Virus record (IMG/VR): IMGVR_UViG_2778261674_000001
Location: 1-13,904 of that record
From: a virus
Lineage: Duplodnaviria > Heunggongvirae > Uroviricota > Caudoviricetes
DNA: 13,904 nucleotides
Reading direction: 5' to 3' (one strand)
Position numbers and translations under genes: made by a program. This document shows positions 1 through 5,867 of the stretch, piece after piece (the first letter of the stretch is position 1; every line of letters begins with the position of its first letter). A model generated the notes under the pieces. The model had not been told where the DNA came from. It worked only from the letters and a program-made list of their open reading frames with translations, and made no database searches.

Positions 1-623
1 AGAGTGTTAATCTCCTGCATGGTTTCATCGTTAACCGGAGTGATGTCGCGTTCCGGCTGACGTTCTGCAGTGTATGCAGTATTTTCGACAATGCGCTCGG
101 CTTCATCCTTGTCATAGATACCAGCAAATCCGAAGGCCAGACGGGCACACTGAATCATGGCTTTATGACGTAACATCCGTTTGGGATGCGACTGCCACGG
201 TCCGGTGATTTCTCTGCCTTCGCGGGTTTTGAATGGTTCGCGGCGGCATTCATCCATCCACTCGGTAACGCAGATCGGATGATTACGGTCCTTGCGGTAA
301 ATCCGGCATGTACATGATTCATTGTCCTGCTCAAAGTCCATGCCATCAAACTGCTGGTTTTCATTGATGATACGGGACCAGCCATCAACGCCCACCACCG
401 GAACGATGCCGTTCTGCTTGTCAGGGAAGGCGTAAATTTCTTTCGTCCACGGATTAAGGCCGTACTGGTTGGCGACGATCAACAATGCGATGAACTGCGC
501 ATCGCTGGCATCACCTTTAAATGCCGTCTGGCGAAGAGTGGTGATCAGTTCCTGTGGGTCGACAGAATCCATGCCGACACGTTCAGCCAGCTTCCCAGCC
601 AGCGTTGCGAGTGCTGTACTCAT
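1..623 (-). CDS. bet: Bet (Red-beta) single-strand annealing protein, N-terminal part only; the 3' end runs off the window edge
   Basis: Minus-strand translation from the ATG at 623-621 reads MSTALATLAGKLAERVGMDSVDPQELITTLRQTAFKGDASDAQFIALLIVANQYGLNPW..., matching lambda Bet as I recall it. The ORF track shows only a fragment (155..388) because the reading frame is open to the window edge. Confidence 0.9.
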   Translation of the reverse strand, partial: MSTALATLAGKLAERVGMDSVDPQELITTLRQTAFKGDASDAQFIALLIVANQYGLNPWTKEIYAFPDKQNGIVPVVGVDGWSRIINENQQFDGMDFEQDNESCTCRIYRKDRNHPICVTEWMDECRREPFKTREGREITGPWQSHPKRMLRHKAMIQCARLAFGFAGIYDKDEAERIVENTAYTAERQPERDITPVNDETMQEINT

Positions 624-628
624 CCGTT

Positions 629-1045
629 TTATACCTCTGAATCAATATCAACCTGGTGGTGAGCAATGGTTTCAACCATGTACCGGATGTGTTCTGCCAT
701 GCGCTCCTGAAACCCAACATCGTCATCAAACGCACGGGTAATGGCTTTTTTGCTGGCCCCGCAGCGTTGTAAATGATCGATGCAGAGCGATTCAAACAAA
801 TGCTGGGGCAGGCCTTTTTCCATGTCGTCTGCCAGTTCTGCCTCTTTCTCTTCACGGGCGATCTGCTGGTAGTGACGTGCCCAGCTCTGAGCCTCAAGAC
901 GATCCTGAATGTAATAAGCGTTCATGGCTGAACTCCTGAAATAGCTATGAAAATATCGCCCGCGAAATGCCGGGCTGATTAGGAAAACAGGAAAGAGGGT
1001 TAGTGAATGCTTTTGCTTGATCTCAGTTTCAGTATTAATATCCAT
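629..1045 (-). CDS. gam: Gam, host RecBCD inhibitor (138-aa long form; short GamS form would start at the ATG at 925-923)
   Basis: ORF-track protein ...[98 protein letters not shown] matches lambda Gam. The internal start MNAYYIQ is preceded by an AGGAG Shine-Dalgarno. The stop lies 5 nt upstream of the bet ATG, as in lambda. Confidence 0.9.
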   Translation of the reverse strand: MDINTETEIKQKHSLTLFPVFLISPAFRGRYFHSYFRSSAMNAYYIQDRLEAQSWARHYQQIAREEKEAELADDMEKGLPQHLFESLCIDHLQRCGASKKAITRAFDDDVGFQERMAEHIRYMVETIAHHQVDIDSEV

Positions 1046-1143
1046 TTTTTATAAGCGTCGACGGCCTCACGAAACATCTTTTCATCGCCAATAAAAGTGG
1101 CGATAGTGAATTTAGTCTGGATAGCCATAAGTGTTTGATCCAT
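1000..1143 (-). CDS. kil: Kil, host cell-division inhibitor (47 aa)
   Basis: Within track ORF 1000..1269 the internal start at 1143 gives [47 protein letters not shown], which is lambda Kil. It overlaps the gam and cIII ends as in lambda. Confidence 0.85.
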   Translation of the reverse strand: MDQTLMAIQTKFTIATFIGDEKMFREAVDAYKKWILILKLRSSKSIH

Positions 1144-1276
1144 TTTTTGGGACTCCTGGCTGATTAAGTATGTCGATAAGGCGTTTCCATCCGTCACGTA
1201 ATTTACGGGTGATTCGTTCAAGTAAAGATTCGGAAGGGCAGCCAGCAACAGGCCACCCTGCAATGGCATATTGCAT
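1112..1276 (-). CDS. cIII: CIII, FtsH inhibitor that stabilises CII (54 aa)
   Basis: Within track ORF 1112..1348 the start at 1276 gives [54 protein letters not shown], which is lambda CIII. There is a 32-nt overlap with kil, as in lambda. Confidence 0.9.
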   Translation of the reverse strand: MQYAIAGWPVAGCPSESLLERITRKLRDGWKRLIDILNQPGVPKNGSNTYGYPD

Positions 1277-1348
1277 GGTGTGCTCCTTATTTATACATAA
1301 CGAAAAACGCCTCGAGTGAAGCGTTATTGGTATGCGGTAAAACCGCAC

Positions 1349-1717
1349 TCAGGCGGCCTTGATAGTCATATCATCTGAATCAAATATTCCTGATGTATCG
1401 ATATCGGTAATTCTTATTCCTTCGCTACCATCCATTGGAGGCCATCCTTCCTGACCATTTCCATCATTCCAGTCGAACTCGCACACAACACCATATGCAT
1501 TTAAGTCGCTTGAAATTGCTATAAGCAGAGCATGTTGCGCCAGCATGATTAATACAGCATTTAATACAGAGCCGTGTTTATTGAGTCGGTATTCAGAGTC
1601 TGACCAGAAATTATTAATCTGGTGAAGTTTTTCCTCTGTCATTACGTCATGATCGATTTCAATTTCTATTGATGCTTTCCAGTCGTAATCAATGATGTAT
1701 TTTTTGATGTTTGACAT
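1349..1717 (-). CDS. ea10: Ea10 (lambda early protein, 122 aa)
   Basis: The 122-aa ORF MSNIKKYIIDYDWKASIEIEIDHDVMTEEKLHQINNFWSDSEYRL... has the same length and position as lambda ea10 (between ral and cIII), and the sequence is recalled as lambda-like. Confidence 0.8.
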   Translation of the reverse strand: MSNIKKYIIDYDWKASIEIEIDHDVMTEEKLHQINNFWSDSEYRLNKHGSVLNAVLIMLAQHALLIAISSDLNAYGVVCEFDWNDGNGQEGWPPMDGSEGIRITDIDTSGIFDSDDMTIKAA

Positions 1718-1736
1718 CTATTCATATCCTCATAGA

Positions 1737-1763
1737 TAAAAAATCGCCCTCACACTGGAGGGC
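1737..1763 (-). terminator. Rho-independent terminator on the minus strand between ral and ea10 (tL2-like position)
   Basis: Perfect 6-bp stem GCCCTC(1746-1751)/GAGGGC(1758-1763) with a 6-nt loop. On the minus strand the hairpin is followed by a U-run (complement of AAAAAAT at 1737-1743). Confidence 0.55.
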
Positions 1764-1899
1764 AAAGAAGATTTCCAATAATCAGAACAAGTCGGCTCCT
1801 GTTTAGTTACGAGCGACATTGCTCCGTGTATTCACTCGTTGGAATGAATACACAGTGCAGTGTTTATTCTGTTATTTATGCAAAAAATAAAGGCCACTA

Positions 1900-2100
1900 T
1901 CAGGCAGCTTTGTTGTTCTGTTTACCAAGTTCTCTGGCAATCATTGCCGTAGTTCGTATTGCCCATTTATCGACATATTTCCCATCCTCCATTACAGGAA
2001 ACATTTCTTCAGGCTTAACCATGCATTCCGATTGCAGCTTGCATCCATTGCATCGCTTGAATTGTCCACACCATTGATTCTTATCAATAGTCGTAGTCAT
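1900..2100 (-). CDS. ral: Ral, restriction-alleviation protein (66 aa)
   Basis: The 66-aa ORF MTTTIDKNQWCGQFKRCNGCKLQSECMVKPEEMFPVMEDGKYVDKWAIRTTAMIARELGKQNNKAA matches lambda Ral in length and sequence as recalled. Confidence 0.85.
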   Translation of the reverse strand: MTTTIDKNQWCGQFKRCNGCKLQSECMVKPEEMFPVMEDGKYVDKWAIRTTAMIARELGKQNNKAA

Positions 2101-2170
2101 ACGGATAGTCCTGGTATTGTTCCATCACATCCTGAGGATGCTCTTCGAACTCTTCAAATTCTTCTTCCAT
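2084..2170 (-). CDS. Small ORF of 28 codons (MEEEFEEFEEHPQDVMEQYQDYPYDYDY) overlapping the ral start by 17 nt; corresponds to lambda orf28
   Basis: Hand-translated from the ATG at 2170-2168 to the TGA at 2086-2084. The length of 28 aa and the 17-nt overlap with ral match the lambda orf28 arrangement. Too short to appear in the ORF track. Confidence 0.6.
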   Translation of the reverse strand: MEEEFEEFEEHPQDVMEQYQDYPYDYDY

Positions 2171-2178
2171 ATCTCACC

Positions 2179-2505
2179 TCAAATAAGTGGTTTGCTGCCT
2201 AATTTCATTTTCTGGCGACCAACACAAGTCACACCTATTTCACTGCGTGGCTTGCTGTACCATGTGCGCTGATTCTTGCGCTCAATACGTTGCAGGTTGC
2301 TTTCAATCTGTTCGTGGTATTCAGCCAGCACCGTAAGGTCTATCGGATTCAGTGCGCTTTCTACTCGTGATTTCGGTTTGCGATTCAGCGAGAGAATAGG
2401 GCGGTTAACTGGCTTTGCGCTTACCCCAACCAACAGGGGATTTGCTGCTTTCCATTGAGCCTGTTTCTCTGCGCGACGTTCGCGGCGGCGTGTTTGTGCA
2501 TCCAT
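2179..2505 (-). CDS. N: N-type transcription antiterminator; lambda N-like with a diverged C-terminal third
   Basis: MDAQTRRRERRAEKQAQWKAANPLLVGVSAKPVNRPILSLNRKPKSRVESALNPIDLTVLAEYH... The arginine-rich N-terminus that binds boxB is lambda N. The C-terminus (...SKPRSEIGVTCVGRQKMKLGSKPLI) differs from the lambda sequence I recall. Shine-Dalgarno GGAGAA lies upstream of the ATG at 2505. Confidence 0.9.
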   Translation of the reverse strand: MDAQTRRRERRAEKQAQWKAANPLLVGVSAKPVNRPILSLNRKPKSRVESALNPIDLTVLAEYHEQIESNLQRIERKNQRTWYSKPRSEIGVTCVGRQKMKLGSKPLI

Positions 2506-2703
2506 CTGGATTCTCCTGTCAGTTAGCTTTGGTGATTGGATGGCCGGCGCTGAACCCCGGCTTACTGGTTAGAGCGCCCGCACTACCAGTGACGCTGTCT
2601 TGAGGCGCAGATTGGTTACTGCTTGCCATGAGCGCTGTTTATACATTGGTCGAGCATCAGCCTGCTCATTCATCCAATCCCAAAGCCTTCTGCTTTGAAT
2701 GCT

Positions 2704-2734
2704 GCCCTTCTTCAGGGCTTAATTTTTAAGAGCC
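2704..2734 (-). promoter_or_regulatory. nutL: boxA (GCTCTTAAA) followed by the boxB hairpin (GCCCTGAAGAAGGGC) on the minus strand
   Basis: The reverse complement of 2704-2734 reads GCTCTTAAAAATTAAGCCCTGAAGAAGGGC, which is the lambda nutL sequence. It lies between pL and N. Confidence 0.9.
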
Positions 2735-2766
2735 TCACCTTCATGGTGGTCAGTGCGTCCTGCTGA

Positions 2767-2817
2767 TGGGTAAACTTTATCGAAATGATAAATTAATGGC
2801 AATAGCAAAATGATAAA
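2767..2817 (-). promoter_or_regulatory. pL-like promoter with overlapping OL operators of non-lambda specificity
   Basis: The minus-strand transcript start region ATCAGCAGGACGCACTGACCACCATGAAGGTGA is as in lambda pL. Inferred -10 TAAAGT (plus 2774-2779) and -35 TTGCCA (plus 2797-2802) with a 17-bp spacer. One 17-bp palindromic operator TTTATCgaaatGATAAA at 2776-2792 and a weaker second site at 2801-2817 (AATAGCaaaatGATAAA). Lambda OL sequence is absent. Confidence 0.6.
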
Positions 2818-2995
2818 TTTCTTTGATTTTAAAATATCATATTGATTTTCATGGTGTTTTATTTTTGTTGCAGGAATTCGACAGGAGAAATGAAGAGGCT
2901 TGAGGGAGATCTGGATTGCGTGGTTTAGCAAGTTGTATTTATCAATTTTTCACTAAATACAATTGGTTATGTGTTTTTAGGTGGGGCGATCGTGA

Positions 2996-3026
2996 GGCAA
3001 AGAAAACCCGGCGCTGAGGCCGGGTT
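2996..3026 (-). terminator. Rho-independent terminator ending the minus-strand immunity-side operon (timm-like position)
   Basis: 8-bp stem AACCCGGC(3005-3012)/GCCGGGTT(3019-3026) with a 6-nt loop. On the minus strand it is followed by UUUUCUUUG (complement of 2996-3004). It sits just downstream of the stops at 3039/3055. Confidence 0.6.
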
Positions 3027-3038
3027 GTGAGGAATTAA

Positions 3039-3224
3039 TTACAGAGCAAAGAGATCATGCATTAGGTTGCTGTTCATCTGGTGGTTGAATTGATACGGCT
3101 CCAATTCCTTCTTGATCTCGTTCAGGTGTTGTTCCGCTTTTTTTGCCAGATCGTGACCTTCTTGGATCTGGCTTTCCAACATCTTGTTGAGAATTTCCAT
3201 CTCCGGTTGCAGATTCTTCGGCAT
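3039..3224 (-). CDS. Small ORF (61 aa from the ATG at 3224; up to 91 aa if started at 3314), predicted helical; nested out of frame in the 3' end of the protease-like gene
   Basis: Track ORF 3039..3314. The internal ATG at 3224-3222 is preceded by a strong Shine-Dalgarno AAGAGGAAA (complement of 3231-3239). The product MPKNLQPEMEILNKMLESQIQEGHDLAKKAEQHLNEIKKELEPYQ... looks like real helical protein. No homologue recognised. Confidence 0.4.
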   Translation of the reverse strand: MPKNLQPEMEILNKMLESQIQEGHDLAKKAEQHLNEIKKELEPYQFNHQMNSNLMHDLFAL

Positions 3225-4056
3225 TAGCTTTTTCCTCTTTTTGTAGATACGTTGTACAATCAATAACCCTCGGCTTTCCAAATGTTGGAATGTCACCATT
3301 ATGAATTTTGTCACAGAAAAGATTATAGAGTATTTCTGTTATACCTTTAGGATGCTCAACACACTTGAAAAGTTCCTTGGCTTCTTTTCTGTCGATAACA
3401 AATCCATGTGAAGGATATGAGGCTATTAGTTTGCCTAACGCCCCTTCTTTTAGGCTGCTTGGTTTGTCTGCTAATCGTTGGCCATAAGTGATAGCTATAC
3501 TCATTGCGCGCTGATGTTCACCAAGCTTTATTGGATCTATCTGTGCGGCCATAGGTGCTATCAACGCTTCTGTAAGTCTGGTCGCGATATCAGCAGACAT
3601 TTTGGTACTTATCTGATTTTCGTATCTTATCTTAACAAGGTGTGAGTTAAACGCTGAAATAGAGCGTTCCTTTAGAGCATCAAGAGCTGTCATGATAGCT
3701 AAACCAGAACTCATCTCACCTATTTCATCGTTTTTTTTCAGTTGGATATCTAATGGCCCAAGCTCCCCCATGTCACCAATAACAAGTTTATTGGCTGCTA
3801 TAGCTATTAGTGTACCAGCACTTTTGCATGGTCCAACAACTAAAAGTGTTACCGTTTCATAATGGTGCTGTAGAGCTCTACCTATACGATAACCTGCATT
3901 TGGATCACCGCCATAAGTAGCAACACAGAAGATAACATTCTCTTTTAATCCATGTTGTGACTTACGTTTCTTGATTTCATTGGTGAGATCAAGATAACCA
4001 TCACGATGAATATCGCCTGTATACACATAAACATCATGATTTTCAATAGAATTCAT
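3055..4056 (-). CDS. ClpP-fold serine-protease-like protein (SDH / peptidase S49-like), 333 aa; occupies the slot where lambda has rexAB
   Basis: ATG at 4056-4054 with Shine-Dalgarno AGGGAG upstream. Motifs TYGGDPNAGYRIGRAL ... VVGPCKSAGTLIAIAANKLVIGDMGELGPLDIQL resemble the SDH/S49/ClpP nucleophile region (G-x-x-x-S-x-G, Ser codon at 3822-3820). A possible catalytic His sits in YPSHGF. The last ~75 residues are low-complexity and overlap the nested ORF. Family assignment is from recalled motifs, not a search. Confidence 0.65.
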   Translation of the reverse strand: MNSIENHDVYVYTGDIHRDGYLDLTNEIKKRKSQHGLKENVIFCVATYGGDPNAGYRIGRALQHHYETVTLLVVGPCKSAGTLIAIAANKLVIGDMGELGPLDIQLKKNDEIGEMSSGLAIMTALDALKERSISAFNSHLVKIRYENQISTKMSADIATRLTEALIAPMAAQIDPIKLGEHQRAMSIAITYGQRLADKPSSLKEGALGKLIASYPSHGFVIDRKEAKELFKCVEHPKGITEILYNLFCDKIHNGDIPTFGKPRVIDCTTYLQKEEKANAEESATGDGNSQQDVGKPDPRRSRSGKKSGTTPERDQEGIGAVSIQPPDEQQPNA

Positions 4057-4222
4057 TCGTTAAACTCCCTGCTGTGGTTACGATGAATGTATTCATGTTG
4101 AAGCTAAGCCATAGCGGCTTGTCATCATCACCAATCTGGCGGAATTGACTGTTCATAAATCACAATTGGAATTACCCAAACGTCTCTTCAGGCCACTGGC
4201 TACCAGCTATGTGACGATGAAG

Positions 4223-4927
4223 TCACGAATTTTTCAGCCACTCCCTTGCCTCGATGTCATCCAGATGGCGAGATTGCTTCAGAATACCAGCCACATACTC
4301 CACCTTTGCTACTTGATGATAAGGCAACGTTATTGGCCTGTGGTCCTGGTTAATGCTTGTAAATTGGTATTCTCCATCTCTGTCATAGCCAAGAACCTTA
4401 ATCATGTTGTGTCCTTCAACGGTTCTGACAAACACCTCATCACCCGGGAATACTTTGGTGTTAGGCTCAATGAGTACATATTCTCCTGATTTTATTCTGG
4501 GCCACATGCTGTCTCCTTTCACACGAAGACCAAAGGCATCTGGATCATCGCTATAAATTTTGAGCCACCCATCGCGCTCTTCGGTCATCTCGATGGCACC
4601 ATCAACACCAAGAATTGCCTCACCAACCACGCGCACTAACCCTTTTCTTACCTGACCTACAAAAGTTAAAGAATCTGAGCATGATGCAATTGGTGTTACA
4701 TCATGTACCAAATCAAGCCACCCATTAGGTAACCCAAGTGCAGCTTCAAATTTTCTTGCTAGTTTATCCCCTATGTTTCGAGTGCTTTTTTCACCGGAGA
4801 CTTGCGTGAGTTGAGAAGGGCTAACCCCAAGCTTATCGGCAAAGCTTGCATTAGTGTTACCCGCGATTTTTTTATGCTCATCTAGCAAAAACGCCAGATT
4901 CGATTTGCGAATATCTTTGTTTTCCAT
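4223..4927 (-). CDS. CI-type prophage repressor: N-terminal HTH plus C-terminal LexA-like S24 autopeptidase domain; non-lambda immunity
   Basis: 234 aa. HTH-like segment NASFADKLGVSPSQLTQVSGEK near the N-terminus, and an S24 signature GDSMWPRI ... with the conserved Lys (MIKVLG) in the C-terminal half. Divergently arranged with the cro-like gene across the operator region. Shine-Dalgarno AGGGAG before the ATG. Confidence 0.85.
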   Translation of the reverse strand: MENKDIRKSNLAFLLDEHKKIAGNTNASFADKLGVSPSQLTQVSGEKSTRNIGDKLARKFEAALGLPNGWLDLVHDVTPIASCSDSLTFVGQVRKGLVRVVGEAILGVDGAIEMTEERDGWLKIYSDDPDAFGLRVKGDSMWPRIKSGEYVLIEPNTKVFPGDEVFVRTVEGHNMIKVLGYDRDGEYQFTSINQDHRPITLPYHQVAKVEYVAGILKQSRHLDDIEAREWLKNS

Positions 4928-5040
4928 CTCACAATTCTCCCTCTATTTAGCAAATGGATAAATACGCAATATGATAAATTTACATTGCAGTTGATTTATC
5001 AAAATGGTAAAGTTATTCTGTATGATAAACGGAGGCACTA
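4928..5040. promoter_or_regulatory. OR region: divergent pRM-like and pR-like promoters with at least three 17-bp operators of consensus TTTATC-N5-GATAAA
   Basis: Sites at 4946-4962 (TTTAGCaaatgGATAAA), 4995-5011 (TTTATCaaaatGGTAAA) and 5014-5030 (TTATTCtgtatGATAAA), plus an extra GATAAAT motif at 4973-4979. The same consensus occurs in OL (2776-2792). Candidate pR -10 TAAAGT at 5008-5013 and candidate extended -10 for pRM (TGcTAAAT on the minus strand, 4945-4952). Promoter hexamers are tentative. Confidence 0.6.
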
Positions 5041-5274
5041 ATGAGTAATGAACTACTACGCTGGCGAAAAGAGGCTTCTAGTGAGGAATGGAAGCGACTC
5101 GCCGCATTAGCGAAAACTTCAGTTGGCTATCTTGACCAGATTGCATATGGATTTCGAAGAGCTTCCCCTGATAAAGCGAATGCAATCGAAGAAGCTACTC
5201 GTAATTTCACGGCTTATAAACCCGTGAAAAAGGAAAACCTGGTGTTCGTATCGCGTAGAGCATCAGCAGCATAA
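5041..5274 (+). CDS. Cro-like first gene of the rightward operon (YdaS/Cro-family HTH protein, 77 aa)
   Basis: First ORF downstream of OR with Shine-Dalgarno GGAGG at 5031-5035. The segment RRASPDKANAIEEATRNFTAYKPVKKENL resembles the YdaS/Cro family signature (...P.AIE.AT...). Not lambda Cro. Confidence 0.7.
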   Translation: MSNELLRWRKEASSEEWKRLAALAKTSVGYLDQIAYGFRRASPDKANAIEEATRNFTAYKPVKKENLVFVSRRASAA

Positions 5275-5281
5275 ATAACCC

Positions 5282-5313
5282 CGCTCTTACACATTCCAGC
5301 CCTGAAAAAGGGC
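5282..5313 (+). promoter_or_regulatory. nutR: boxA CGCTCTTAC plus boxB GCCCTGAAAAAGGGC
   Basis: CGCTCTTACACATTCCAGCCCTGAAAAAGGGCA at 5282-5314 is the lambda nutR sequence as recalled. The 15-nt boxB forms a 5-bp stem with a GAAAA loop. Confidence 0.9.
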
Positions 5314-5389
5314 ATTACCAGAAACAAATCTCTATGGTTTTGCGTTTCTTTGCGAAGCCAACTCTATCTAATCATTAAGGAAATTATCT

Positions 5390-5671
5390 ATGGGTACTAT
5401 TGCAACTAAAAGCAAGAAAGCGGCTCGCATCGAGTCAGCCTTGCTGAACAAACTGGCACTGATGGGGCAGAAGACATTCGCTCGAGCGATGGGGGTTCCT
5501 GAATATCAGGTAAGCCGATGGAAGAATGGTTTCTTCTCGCAGGTAAGCATGATGCTGGCTGTTCTGGAATACGGAATCGAAGACGATGAAATGGCTGAGC
5601 TGACTAAGCGGCTTGCCAATTACCTGACAAAAGAAAAAGCCCCGAAGAACGGCGAATTCTTCGAGGCCTGA
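5390..5671 (+). CDS. cII: CII-like transcriptional activator (93 aa)
   Basis: MGTIATKSKKAARIESALLNKLALMGQKTFARAMGVPEYQVSRWKNGFFSQVSMMLAVLEYGIEDDEMAELTKRL... aligns by eye with lambda CII (..ALRIESALLNKIAMLGTEKTAEAVGVDKSQISRWKRDWIPKFSMLLAVLEWGVVDDDMARL..). Shine-Dalgarno AAGGA upstream. Confidence 0.85.
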   Translation: MGTIATKSKKAARIESALLNKLALMGQKTFARAMGVPEYQVSRWKNGFFSQVSMMLAVLEYGIEDDEMAELTKRLANYLTKEKAPKNGEFFEA

Positions 5672-5705
5672 TGTAGAAAGACTGGATCAATCCACAGGAG
5701 TCATT

Positions 5706-5867
5706 ATGACAAAACGTCGTAAGAAATACCAGGAAAAAGAAGAGATTCGACACCCTGATTCACCTGAGGGATTAGTGGTAGCCGCAGCAAATAACAGGGC
5801 GTTCGCAGAGCGCCTTGTTGGTGTTTACAGACTAGCCAAAGCAGGAGTGAAACATGGGCGTCGTTAA
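5706..5867 (+). CDS. Small basic ORF (53 aa, [53 protein letters not shown]) overlapping the start of the O-like gene
   Basis: Hand-translated and absent from the ORF track. ATG at 5706 preceded by Shine-Dalgarno AGGAG (5697-5701). It ends 14 nt inside the O-like ORF, suggesting translational coupling. No homologue recognised. Confidence 0.4.
   Translation: MTKRRKKYQEKEEIRHPDSPEGLVVAAANNRAFAERLVGVYRLAKAGVKHGRR

Noticed and set aside
583-897. 104-aa minus-strand ORF overlapping bet/gam in another frame
   Set aside because: It is out of frame with the lambda-identical bet and gam genes; a shadow ORF.
1826-2077. 83-aa plus-strand ORF
   Set aside because: Antisense to ral (lambda-identical protein on the minus strand); a shadow ORF.
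2521-2600. GC-rich segment with a GGTTCA-containing hairpin, resembling a tRNA T-arm
   Set aside because: No full cloverleaf can be drawn (no acceptor or anticodon arms of correct spacing), and the segment is only about 45 nt. Not called as a tRNA or fragment.
2276-2603. Two plus-strand ORFs (60 and 62 aa)
   Set aside because: Antisense to the N gene and its leader. Their Ala/Arg/Leu-rich composition is typical of antisense frames of GC-rich coding sequence.
2890-2928. 12-codon plus-strand mini-ORF (MKRLEGDLDCVV) after an AGGAG
   Set aside because: Too short, and the Shine-Dalgarno is only about 3 nt from the ATG. No support beyond chance.
2719-2931. 70-aa minus-strand ORF
   Set aside because: It spans nutL, pL and the OL operators, which are identified with high confidence as regulatory sequence. 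Unlikely to be coding.
4145-4489. 114-aa plus-strand ORF starting in the repressor-protease spacer
   Set aside because: It is mostly antisense to the well-supported CI-type repressor gene, has no convincing Shine-Dalgarno, and its product looks like random sequence. Treated as a shadow ORF.
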